This document shows, in pieces, positions 55,683 through 64,000 of a stretch of DNA of 64,000 nucleotides. Each line of letters opens with the position of its first letter. Position 1 is the first letter of the stretch. Origin of the DNA: Betaproteobacteria bacterium (GTDB lineage: Bacteria; Pseudomonadota; Gammaproteobacteria; Burkholderiales; Usitatibacteraceae); NCBI GenBank assembly GCA_031430555.1, contig JANPBQ010000263.1:650-64649 (forward strand), read 5' to 3'. A model generated the notes under the pieces. It saw nothing but the letters and a program-made list of their open reading frames with translations, was not told the DNA's origin and ran no database searches. The position numbers and the translations under genes are program-made.

Positions 55683-56402
55683 GTCTGTGCCCTTGACGAC
55701 GGCGGCACCGATTCCACCTTGAGACAGCGCCGCTTTGATTCTGTTCACTTCATCGAGGCTTTTGAATGGGCCAAGTCTCACACGGTACAACGTTCCCTTG
55801 TCGGGCAAGTTGACAGACCGGATCGTCGCCTCGAAGCCGGCAAAAGCGACCTTGGCTTTCATGTTCTCGGCCTCGCTCGCATTTTGAAATGCGCCGACCT
55901 GCAAATGTAATATTTCGACTGCCGAAGGTTTGGCCTCGACTTTGGCGTCCGTCCTGGACTGTGTTTTCGCGTCAGCGTTGTTCTGCCTGGTCAATTCAGC
56001 GGGTTTAGCGGCATCCAGCTTTCCGACCTTGTCGCCTTTTTCGCCGCCCCTCCCACCCTTTTCGCCCTTTTCGCCTTTCTCACCCTTTTCTCCCGGCAAG
56101 ATTTGATAGAACTCGAAGCGTGGCTTGTCGGGTTCGGTTTTCGATGGCGTTGACGTTGCCGGTGTGGGCGTTGATTGCGGCGACTTGGCGGTAATCGTCG
56201 GCAAGGCGTCCACCGGCCGGGATTTTTCAATGAACGGATTGTTGGAGCGGTTGATCCAGATGGCGAGACCGACCGCGAGGCCGACGCCCATCAACAGCCC
56301 AATGATGATGCCGACGAACATCGGGTTCATCGGCTTCTTTTTGGGTGCTGCGCGCGCGCCGCCCATGTCGGAAAGCGGTTGGGATTTGTTTTCTCGAACC
56401 AT
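55680..56402 (-). CDS. SPOR domain-containing cell-division-associated protein
   Basis: N-terminal TM (MFVGIIIGLLMGVGLAVGLAIWI), a low-complexity linker with GEKGEKGEKGEKG, and a C-terminal SPOR domain (LQVGAFQNASEAENMKAKVAFAGFEA..YRVRLGPFKS). Confidence 0.85.
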   Translation of the reverse strand: MVRENKSQPLSDMGGARAAPKKKPMNPMFVGIIIGLLMGVGLAVGLAIWINRSNNPFIEKSRPVDALPTITAKSPQSTPTPATSTPSKTEPDKPRFEFYQILPGEKGEKGEKGEKGGRGGEKGDKVGKLDAAKPAELTRQNNADAKTQSRTDAKVEAKPSAVEILHLQVGAFQNASEAENMKAKVAFAGFEATIRSVNLPDKGTLYRVRLGPFKSLDEVNRIKAALSQGGIGAAVVKGTD

Positions 56403-56405
56403 GAT

Positions 56406-58076
56406 CTACATTTTTTCCGGTGCGGACACGCCAATCACGGCGAGGCCGTTTTTTAACACCTGCCGCGTGGCGACGACCAATGCGAGCCTGGCCAATTTCA
56501 ATTTTTCATCCTCGACCAGAAATTTTTCCGCATTGTAATAGCTATGCAATTTGGCCGCGAGATCGGCCAGATACACGCACACCAGATGCGGCGAAAGTTC
56601 GCGCGCGGCGGTCGCGAGTAGTTGCGGAAAATCGGCCAACGCACGCAATAGGCCGGATTCGTATTTGCTCGTCAGCGGCGACAAATCGACCTCCGCGAGC
56701 GTTGCGGGATCACCGCCCCACAGCGCCATCACACTGCAAATGCGTGCGTGCGCATACTGGACGTAATAAACGGGATTGTCTTCGGAGCGGCTCTTCGCCA
56801 AATCAATATCGAAAGTCAATTGCGAATCCGATTTTCGCATCACGAAAAAGTAGCGGGTCGCGTCGCGACCGACTTCATCGATCAGATCGCGCAGCGTCAC
56901 ATAGCTGCCCGCGCGCTTGGAAATTTTCACCTCTTCGCCGCCACGCATGACGGTAATCATCTGGTGCAGAACGTAATCGGGATAACCTTTCGGCACGCCG
57001 ATTTCCATCGCCTGCAAGCCTGCGTGCATGCGCGCGAGCGAGCCGTGATGATCGGCACCGAGCTCGGTAATGGCGCGGGTGAATCCGCGTTGCCATTTGG
57101 TGACGTGATAGGCAATGTCGGGGACGAAATAAGTGTAGCTGCCGTCGGATTTCCGCATCACGCGGTCTTTGTCGTCGCCGTAATCCGTGCTTTTCAGCCA
57201 CAGCGCGCCATCCTGCTCGTAGGTGTGGCCGGTCTTTACCAAGTGTTCAACGGTTTTTTCGACGAGGCCGTCGGTGTAGAGCGAAGACTCAAGGTAATAA
57301 ACATCGAATTGCACGTCGAAGGCTTTGAGGTCGAGATCTTGTTCGTGTCTTAACGCGGCGACGGCGAATTTGCGCACGGCGTCGAGGTCCTCGCCCTTGG
57401 GGTCCTGCGAATTTTTAAGCGCATAGCGCTCGGCGATCTCACTAATGTAGAGGCCGCGATAGCCGTCTTCCGGAATCGGCGCATCGATGCCGGCGCGTTC
57501 GCGCAGGCGTGCCTGCACCGACAAACCCAAATTGTTGATCTGTGCGCCGGCGTCGTTGTAATAAAACTCGCGGCTGACGGCAAAACCTTGCGCGTCGAGC
57601 AGGCGCGCCAAGGTATCGCCGGTCGCGGCACCGCGGCCATGGCCGACGTGCAACGGCCCGGTCGGGTTGGCGGAGACGAACTCGACCATGACTTTTTGGC
57701 TGGCACCCGCCGCACTTTTGCCGAAGTTATCGCCGGCCGAAAATATCGCCGCGACGACGCGCGTCTCGGCGGTCAATGCGAGGCGGATATTGATGAACCC
57801 CGGGCCGGCGATGTCGGGTGTGCCGGAAATCAAATCGGAAGGCGGCAGCGCGGCCACCAGTGCCAGGGCGATATCGCGCGGCTTCATGCCGAGTCGTTTC
57901 GCCAATTGCAACGCGCTGTTGACGGCGAAGTGGCCGTGATCCGGATTCTTTGGTTTTTCGACGTCGATCACAAAAGGATCGGCGGCATCACGCAAGGCCG
58001 GAAACGCGGCGAACAGGGCTTGTTGAAACAGCCCAGCAATGGCGCTCTTGTTATCGGGGGTCGCGTCGGAAGGCAT
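56406..58076 (-). CDS. argS: arginine--tRNA ligase
   Basis: 556 aa; [14 protein letters not shown] (HIGH) motif and a C-terminal DALR anticodon-binding pattern. Confidence 0.95.
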   Translation of the reverse strand: MPSDATPDNKSAIAGLFQQALFAAFPALRDAADPFVIDVEKPKNPDHGHFAVNSALQLAKRLGMKPRDIALALVAALPPSDLISGTPDIAGPGFINIRLALTAETRVVAAIFSAGDNFGKSAAGASQKVMVEFVSANPTGPLHVGHGRGAATGDTLARLLDAQGFAVSREFYYNDAGAQINNLGLSVQARLRERAGIDAPIPEDGYRGLYISEIAERYALKNSQDPKGEDLDAVRKFAVAALRHEQDLDLKAFDVQFDVYYLESSLYTDGLVEKTVEHLVKTGHTYEQDGALWLKSTDYGDDKDRVMRKSDGSYTYFVPDIAYHVTKWQRGFTRAITELGADHHGSLARMHAGLQAMEIGVPKGYPDYVLHQMITVMRGGEEVKISKRAGSYVTLRDLIDEVGRDATRYFFVMRKSDSQLTFDIDLAKSRSEDNPVYYVQYAHARICSVMALWGGDPATLAEVDLSPLTSKYESGLLRALADFPQLLATAARELSPHLVCVYLADLAAKLHSYYNAEKFLVEDEKLKLARLALVVATRQVLKNGLAVIGVSAPEKM

Positions 58077-58274
58077 TCGGGGGACTCAAAAGGTAGCGAG
58101 AAATTATAGCGGGAAGGGGCGGCAAGCGCGATTCAACACCACAAAATTTACGGGCGTCTAGCCCGCAAAAAACAATCAAACTCTAGTACGGGTGAGGCTT
58201 TTCAGGCATTTATCGTCCAAACACCCCGTCAATGCTGGACTTTTGCCACTTGATGATTCACCCGTGCGTCGCCA

Positions 58275-60491
58275 CTACACCTCAAGCGGATCGACATCGA
58301 TCACCCACTTCACGCCGCGTGCGTCGCGTGCACGCAACATCGGTAACCACTTCGCGAGGAAGCGCTGCAACTCGCTTCGCGAATCGGCCTGCACCATCAT
58401 CTGGCACCGCTCCCAATCTGCCTTGCGAGACAGCGGTGCGGCCACCGGATCCCACACTTGCAAGGAGCTTTCGGGTTGCAGGTTGCGCGCGCACTCGGCG
58501 GCGTGCATTAAAAACTCACGTAGCGCCGCCTCAGTCTTCGCCTCGGCGCGGAGCAGCGCGAGAAACGTGAATGGCGGCAAGCGCGCGTTTCGTCGCTCTG
58601 TCAATGCCATCGCCGCGAAACGCGCATGATCCTGCGCGGCCACCGCCTGATACAGCGGGTGTTTGGCGAAGCGGGTTTGAATCAGCACGCGGCCCGGCAA
58701 ATCCGCCCGCCCGGCGCGGCCCGCGACTTGCGTCAATTGCGCGACCATTCGTTCGGCCGCGCGGAAATCAGCCGAGAACATCGCGCCGTCGGCGTTAACC
58801 ACACCGACCAGCGTGATGCGCGGGAAATCATGGCCTTTGGAAAGCATTTGCGTCCCCACCAACACATCGAGCTCGCCTGCTGCGGCGGCGTCGAAAATCT
58901 TCTCGGCTGAACCGCGCCGCCGCGTGGAATCGCGATCCACGCGCGCAATGCGCGCACCTGGCAAATGCGTGCGCAAGGCGATTTCAACGCGTTCGCTGCC
59001 CTGCCCCGCCGGCAACAATTCATGGCTGCCGCAATCGGCGCACACCGTCGCCACGCGCGTTTGATAGCCGCAGTGGTGGCATTTCATTTGCCTTTCCCGT
59101 TGATGAAACACCAGACGCGCGTTGCAACGCGTACAACCCGGCATCCAGCCGCAGTGCGCGCATACCAGAGCAGGTGAATAGCCGCGGCGATTGATAAAAA
59201 CCAGCGCCTGCTCGCCGCGTTTGATCGTCGCCTGCAAGGCCTTGATGAGTGAGACCGACAAGCCGTCATCAGCGCGTTCCTGATTCAGGTCGATGAAATC
59301 AATCTGCGGCAAGACGGCGTTGGGCGTCGCTCGCAATGGCAACTTCAGCTCCGTGAAGCGGCCGCGCAACACGTTTTGCACGCTCTCCAGCGAAGGGGTC
59401 GCGGAGCCAAGCATGACAGGGCAGGCGGCTTGTTGCGCGCGGAATACCGCGACATCGCGCGCCGAATAGCGAAACCCTTCCTGCTGCTTGAACGATGCAT
59501 CGTGTTCTTCATCGACGATGATTACGCCGAGTCTCGGCATCGACGAAAACACAGCGAGGCGCGTGCCGATGACGATATCCGCGCGGCCCGAGGCCGCGTC
59601 GATATAGCCTTTCATGCGCGGCGAATCGGCGAGGCCGCTATGCTGCTGGACGATGACTGCATCGGGAAAGCGCGCTTGAAGATGGCGCATGAATTGCGGC
59701 GTGAGATTGATCTCCGGCATCAGCACCAGCGCTTGAAAATTGCGTTGCAACGCGTTCGCGATGACATGCAAATACACCTCGGTCTTGCCGCTGCCGGTGA
59801 TGCCGGAAAGCAAGAAAGGTGCGAATTTCCCCAGCGTGGCGCTCACGGCTTCGACCGCGCTGGTTTGCTCGGCGTTCAACCCGGGGCCCGCTACGAAAAT
59901 GCGCTTTTCGGCGTGGGGCGGCAGCGCCTGTCTTGCCTGCGGCGCGTCGGTTGCGCGCAGCTCGATCCAACCCTTGGCGGCCAATGCGCGCAGCGTCGGG
60001 GCGGCGCGTTCGTGTTCCGATTTCAACAACATCTCGGATCGGGGCGCGTGTTCCAGCGCCGCCAGCAGTGCGCGTTGCGCGACCGCGCGCAGCGGCATGG
60101 TGCGCAAGGCATCGCGCCCGGCGGCCGTCAATGCCACTTCGCAATCGGCCTTCGGTACGACAAGGCGCGTGGCGCGCATCGCGGGCGGCAGGCCATTCAT
60201 TGCGATGGCACCGAACGGATGATGGTAGTAGCCCTGGCAAAAACGGATCAGCGCGATATCGTTCGCGGTGAATCTCGGCAATGCGCGTTGAATGAAGTCG
60301 ACAGACTTTAGTTTGTCCTGAGGCACGTCGGTAGTCGCGCTTACCCCCATCACGACGCCACTTAGTTTCTTGTTGCCGAACGGCACCACGGCCATTCTGC
60401 CGATGTCCTCTTCCGTCGCGTCGGGTGCCATGAAGTCGAAATACTTTTCGATCGGCAGATCCAGCGCGACTTGAACAATACTTGGTCTCAT
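58275..60491 (-). CDS. priA: primosomal replication-restart helicase PriA
   Basis: Walker A GITGSGKT, DEEH box, and Zn-binding Cys cluster (CAHCGWMPGCTRC..CHHCGY..CADCGS). ATG at 60491 (MRPSIVQVALD), with an alternative at 60518. Confidence 0.93.
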   Translation of the reverse strand: MRPSIVQVALDLPIEKYFDFMAPDATEEDIGRMAVVPFGNKKLSGVVMGVSATTDVPQDKLKSVDFIQRALPRFTANDIALIRFCQGYYHHPFGAIAMNGLPPAMRATRLVVPKADCEVALTAAGRDALRTMPLRAVAQRALLAALEHAPRSEMLLKSEHERAAPTLRALAAKGWIELRATDAPQARQALPPHAEKRIFVAGPGLNAEQTSAVEAVSATLGKFAPFLLSGITGSGKTEVYLHVIANALQRNFQALVLMPEINLTPQFMRHLQARFPDAVIVQQHSGLADSPRMKGYIDAASGRADIVIGTRLAVFSSMPRLGVIIVDEEHDASFKQQEGFRYSARDVAVFRAQQAACPVMLGSATPSLESVQNVLRGRFTELKLPLRATPNAVLPQIDFIDLNQERADDGLSVSLIKALQATIKRGEQALVFINRRGYSPALVCAHCGWMPGCTRCNARLVFHQRERQMKCHHCGYQTRVATVCADCGSHELLPAGQGSERVEIALRTHLPGARIARVDRDSTRRRGSAEKIFDAAAAGELDVLVGTQMLSKGHDFPRITLVGVVNADGAMFSADFRAAERMVAQLTQVAGRAGRADLPGRVLIQTRFAKHPLYQAVAAQDHARFAAMALTERRNARLPPFTFLALLRAEAKTEAALREFLMHAAECARNLQPESSLQVWDPVAAPLSRKADWERCQMMVQADSRSELQRFLAKWLPMLRARDARGVKWVIDVDPLEV

Positions 60492-60683
60492 GTCCCCTGC
60501 CACGCGCGCTTTGGGCATCGAGCGACCGCCGTGGCGGACCGATTTTGGCTTTCATCGCAGTCAATCACACTCTGGCCGATGGGTTTGTTGGGCCAAATCG
60601 CGAGATGTTTGCGTGCACTGCTGAAGGTCAACATGCCTGCTGGGAGAGGCCCGGAAACCCGCATGGATAATGGGGTTTCAGCC

Positions 60684-60692
60684 TGTGGATAA
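60684..60692. promoter_or_regulatory. perfect DnaA box (TGTGGATAA = complement of TTATCCACA)
   Basis: Exact 9-mer in the 405-bp priA-hemE spacer. Near-boxes in the same orientation are at 60662-60670, 60696-60704 and 60860-60868. Confidence 0.45.
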
Positions 60693-60923
60693 CTTTGTGC
60701 ATAGGTTGATTCAACGGACCACTTTAGGTCGGCAACAGGGCAAAGTGGAAATTTTTGCACCGCGCAAAAATAAAAAAATTCTTTTAAAGACAATCGTTTA
60801 CAGCGGATATTTGCCAAGCATCACGAATAACCACGGCTATTTCGCTAGAACACGGTTTCTGTGCATAAGCAAGCGCGCCACCGCCTCGTTTTCAAAAATA
60901 TTTTCCTTGACAGCGCCCCTACG

Positions 60924-61985
60924 CTAACCCCTAGCACTGGCGCGGTGAACAGCGTTAACGAGCGCTTCGACACGATCCGGGTCGGTGAATTGGGAAATGC
61001 CGTGTCCCAGATTAAACACATGTCCATTCGCATCGTGATCCGCACTGAATTCCGCCAACACCCGCACTGCTTCGCGCTCGATGGTCGCGTTGTCGCCGAA
61101 CAATGTGTTGGGGTCAAGATTGCCCTGCAACGCAACCTTGGCGCCGACGCGGCGCTTTGCGTCCGCCAGATTGATGGTCCAATCGAGCCCCAGCGCATCG
61201 GCACCGATGTCGGTCATCGCTTCGAGCCAGAGTCCGCCGCCCTTGGTGAAAAATATCCGCGGCACAATGCGATCGTCGTGCGTACGCTTGAGACCAGCCA
61301 TTACGCGCTTGGCATATGCGAGGGAGAATTCGCGGTAGGCATGATGAGCGAGCGTGCCGCCCCAGGTGTCAAACAGCATCACCGCCTGCGCCCCGGCGTC
61401 GATCTGCGCATTCAGGTAGGCGATGACACTCTCGGTATTTTTGTCGAGGATGGCGTGCAGCAAATCGGGGCGTTGATAAAGCATGGTTTTCACCCGGCGA
61501 AAATCATCCGAGCCGCCGCCCTCGATCATGTAGCACGCGAGCGTGAACGGACTGCCGGAAAAACCGATCAACGGCACGCGGCCATTCAAGGCAGCCTTGA
61601 TTTGCGCGACCGCATCGAACACGTACTTCAATTGGCCCATGTCGGCTACCGGCAATTTCTTCACGTCTTCTTCGCTGCGAACCGTGCGCTCGAATTTCGG
61701 TCCTTCACCTTCGACAAAATAGAGCCCCAATCCCATCGCATCGGGAATGGTGAGGATGTCGGAAAAGAGAATCGCCGCGTCGAGCTTGAAACGATCCAGC
61801 GGTTGCAGCGTGACCTCGGTGCAATAGTCGGGATTCTTGGCGAGCCCGAGAAAGCTGCCGGCGCGTTTGCGGGTGACGTTGTATTCCGGCAAGTATCGGC
61901 CGGCCTGACGCATGATCCAGATCGGTGTGTAAGGGGTCGGCTCGCGCATCAGCGCGCGGAGAAAAGTGTCGTTTTGAAGAATCAT
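60924..61985 (-). CDS. hemE: uroporphyrinogen decarboxylase
   Basis: 353 aa; [19 protein letters not shown] signature near the N-terminus. Confidence 0.95.
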   Translation of the reverse strand: MILQNDTFLRALMREPTPYTPIWIMRQAGRYLPEYNVTRKRAGSFLGLAKNPDYCTEVTLQPLDRFKLDAAILFSDILTIPDAMGLGLYFVEGEGPKFERTVRSEEDVKKLPVADMGQLKYVFDAVAQIKAALNGRVPLIGFSGSPFTLACYMIEGGGSDDFRRVKTMLYQRPDLLHAILDKNTESVIAYLNAQIDAGAQAVMLFDTWGGTLAHHAYREFSLAYAKRVMAGLKRTHDDRIVPRIFFTKGGGLWLEAMTDIGADALGLDWTINLADAKRRVGAKVALQGNLDPNTLFGDNATIEREAVRVLAEFSADHDANGHVFNLGHGISQFTDPDRVEALVNAVHRASARG

Positions 61986-62018
61986 GTTTGCAATGGCCGC
62001 GCCTAATTCGCGCGAAAT

Positions 62019-62045
62019 GAAAAGGCGCGACCGGTTGATCGCGCC
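62019..62045 (-). terminator. candidate terminator downstream of gltD
   Basis: GGCGCGA-N8-TCGCGCC stem (62024-62045), followed on the minus strand by TTTTCATTT. It lies only about 35 nt upstream of the hemE ATG, so read-through or attenuation is possible. Confidence 0.35.
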
Positions 62046-62174
62046 GGTGGATTATCGCACTCGTGCCTATGCGAAGTTTCGACGTGAAGCTCTATATCTG
62101 GCGCGGCCCTTCAGGCCTTTTCGGCCCGCAAGGCGCGCCCGTATTGGAGTTTGCAATGTTTGCGCCGAAGATCG

Positions 62175-63614
62175 CTAGCGTGGCAAATCCGATCGGCCCA
62201 TCAAATACTCATCGACCGTGCGCGCGCATTGGCGTCCTTCGCGGATGGCCCACACGACCAGCGATTGCCCGCGCCGCATGTCGCCGGCGGCAAACACTTT
62301 CGGGTTGGCGGTCTGATAGGCGGTGGCACCTTCGGTCGCGGCTTTTACGTTGCCGCGCGCATCTTTTTCCACGCCCAAAGATTCGAATTGCGCGAGCAGA
62401 CCTTTTCGCTCGGGGCCTAAAAATCCCATCGCCAGCAGCACCAGATCGGCTTTCATTTCAAATTCGGAGCCAGCCACTTCCTGCATCTTTCCGTCTTTCC
62501 ATTCGACACGAACGGCTTTCAGTTTTTCCACCTTGCCGTCCTTGCCGATGAATTCTTTGGTCGCCACCGACCAATCGCGCTCGCAGCCTTCTTCGTGCGA
62601 CGAGGAAGTCCGCAATTTGATCGGCCAGTAAGGCCACACCATCGGCTTGTCTTCTTCATCGGGTGGCTGAGGCAGCAATTCAAACTGCGTAACCGATTTG
62701 GCGCCGTGACGATTCGACGTGCCCACGCAATCGCTGCCGGTGTCGCCGCCGCCGATCACGATCACGTGTTTGCCGGTGGCGCGCAATTGGTTTATCACCG
62801 TATCGCCGGCGACCACTTTATTTTGCTGCGGCAAGAAATCCATCGCGAAATGTATGCCCGCGAGACCCCGCCCCGGCACCGGCAAATCGCGCGGCAACTC
62901 CGCACCGCCCGACAAAACGATCGCATCGAAATCCTGCATCAACACCTCCGCCGGCGTATCGACGCCGATGTGTTGATTGACGCGGAACTGCACGCCTTCG
63001 GCCTGCATTTGTTCAACGCGCAAATCGATATGCGATTTCTCCATCTTGAAATCGGGAATGCCATAGCGCAGCAGACCACCAATGCGGTCGGCTTTTTCGA
63101 ACACGATGACGTCGTGGCCAACGCGCCCCAACTGCTGTGCGGCGGCAAGACCCGCCGGCCCGGAACCGACGATCGCGACGCGCTTGCCGGTCTTCATTTT
63201 CGGCGGCTGCGGCGCGACCCAGCCCATCTCCCAGCCTTTGTCGATGATCGCGTGTTCGATCGATTTGATGCCGACGGCATCGTTGTTGATGTTCAGCGTA
63301 CAGGCGGCTTCGCAAGGTGCCGGACAGACACGCCCGGTGAACTCGGGAAAATTGTTGGTCGAATGCAGAGTCACGAGCGCTTCGCGCCAATTTTGCCGAT
63401 ACACAAGATCGTTGAAATCGGGAATGATGTTGTTGACCGGGCAACCAGTCTGACAAAACGGAATCCCGCAATCCATGCAGCGTGCACCCTGCGTTTTCGC
63501 CTCGTCATCGTTGAGATGCAGCGTGAACTCTTGGTAGTTCTTTAGGCGTTCAGCGGGCGCGATGGACGCCTCGCTCAAGCGTTGATATTCCAGAAATCCG
63601 GTTGGCTTGCCCAT
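62175..63614 (-). CDS. gltD: glutamate synthase small subunit
   Basis: Starts [16 protein letters not shown]; Fe-S Cys motifs [13 protein letters not shown] and dinucleotide motif [14 protein letters not shown]. The upstream ORF extension to 63737 is rejected. Confidence 0.93.
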   Translation of the reverse strand: MGKPTGFLEYQRLSEASIAPAERLKNYQEFTLHLNDDEAKTQGARCMDCGIPFCQTGCPVNNIIPDFNDLVYRQNWREALVTLHSTNNFPEFTGRVCPAPCEAACTLNINNDAVGIKSIEHAIIDKGWEMGWVAPQPPKMKTGKRVAIVGSGPAGLAAAQQLGRVGHDVIVFEKADRIGGLLRYGIPDFKMEKSHIDLRVEQMQAEGVQFRVNQHIGVDTPAEVLMQDFDAIVLSGGAELPRDLPVPGRGLAGIHFAMDFLPQQNKVVAGDTVINQLRATGKHVIVIGGGDTGSDCVGTSNRHGAKSVTQFELLPQPPDEEDKPMVWPYWPIKLRTSSSHEEGCERDWSVATKEFIGKDGKVEKLKAVRVEWKDGKMQEVAGSEFEMKADLVLLAMGFLGPERKGLLAQFESLGVEKDARGNVKAATEGATAYQTANPKVFAAGDMRRGQSLVVWAIREGRQCARTVDEYLMGRSDLPR

Positions 63615-63687
63615 GCAAATTCTTTCGCGAAAATGTGCTGTGTGACGTCGAGTGAGTTCTTTTGCCGCGACTATTTTGGACGCGGGA

Positions 63688-64000
63688 TCAGGCGGCTTTC
63701 TGTTTGAGCAACGCGGCGTTTTTCTGCGCGAGTTCATTCAGCGCGCGCCGATATTCAGTCGGCATCACTTTGACAAATGCGCGCGACCATTTCGGCCAAT
63801 TGGCAAGGATGTCGATGGCGCGCTGACTGCCGGTGTACTTGGCGTGACTCTCGATCAGCGACTTCAGCAATACCGCATCCGACAATCCCAGGTGCGACGC
63901 GGGCGTGACCGCATCCGTGACCGGCTCCAATTCGACCATCGCGAGATTGCAGCGATTGCGGAAGGCTCCATCTTCATCCAGCACATATGCGACGCCGCCA
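63688..64000 (-). CDS. gltB: glutamate synthase large subunit, C-terminal end (partial, continues beyond window)
   Basis: The frame is open to the window edge. The C-terminal sequence ..[36 protein letters not shown] is typical of GltB tails and lies directly upstream of gltD. Confidence 0.8.
   Translation of the reverse strand, partial: GGVAYVLDEDGAFRNRCNLAMVELEPVTDAVTPASHLGLSDAVLLKSLIESHAKYTGSQRAIDILANWPKWSRAFVKVMPTEYRRALNELAQKNAALLKQKAA

Noticed and set aside
60488-60817. 109-aa minus-strand ORF in the priA-hemE spacer.
   Set aside because: It has no recognisable motifs or ribosome-binding site, overlaps the likely priA start region, and its composition is atypical of the coding genes here.
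60521-60923. The priA-hemE spacer as the chromosomal replication origin.
   Set aside because: There is only one perfect DnaA box, no clear 13-mer-type DUE repeats, no dnaA/dnaN/gidA context, and the genes on both sides run in the same direction. It is kept only as a low-to-moderate DnaA-site finding.

Overview
This 64-kb window (about 55-60% G+C by eye) is mostly core proteobacterial chromosome. Gene order is yajQ, argG-argF-argD, DUF3579, rpsT, murJ-ribF-ileS-lspA, ispH, lptCAB-rpoN-hpf-ptsN-hprK-rapZ, mutY, thiSG, rlmI, trmB, a beta-oxidation block, dsbA, argS, priA, hemE and gltBD. This synteny looks betaproteobacterial, but that is inference from gene order only. Accessory or unusual content is limited. 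(1) At the left edge, an AT-richer DUF2971 gene sits next to a secreted 11xTPR-CHAT caspase-like protein, followed by a REP cluster. (2) An IS701-family insertion sequence with a TTAG target duplication lies inside a small palindromic element, next to an array of long nested hairpins and a MITE-like element that fill the lspA-ispH spacer. (3) A type IV pilus minor-pilin operon (pilE-fimT-pilV-pilW-pilX-pilY1) encodes a PilY1 carrying four tandem small-domain repeats. (4) A rubrerythrin / CCG-type Fe-S protein / DUF3501 cluster has an FNR-type palindrome upstream and a dense GTGAC/GTCAC motif array inside it. (5) tRNA-Gly(CCC) is followed by a decayed partial copy. (6) Smaller oddities include a hexanucleotide repeat in dsbA, a 23-bp inverted repeat pair, and same-orientation DnaA-box-like sites between priA and hemE. 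I found no CRISPR array, cas genes, rRNA, prophage or obvious defence island. I also do not see a convincing novel multi-gene system, so the findings are modest candidates and are scored that way. All family calls rest on motif recognition from memory; no database search was possible.
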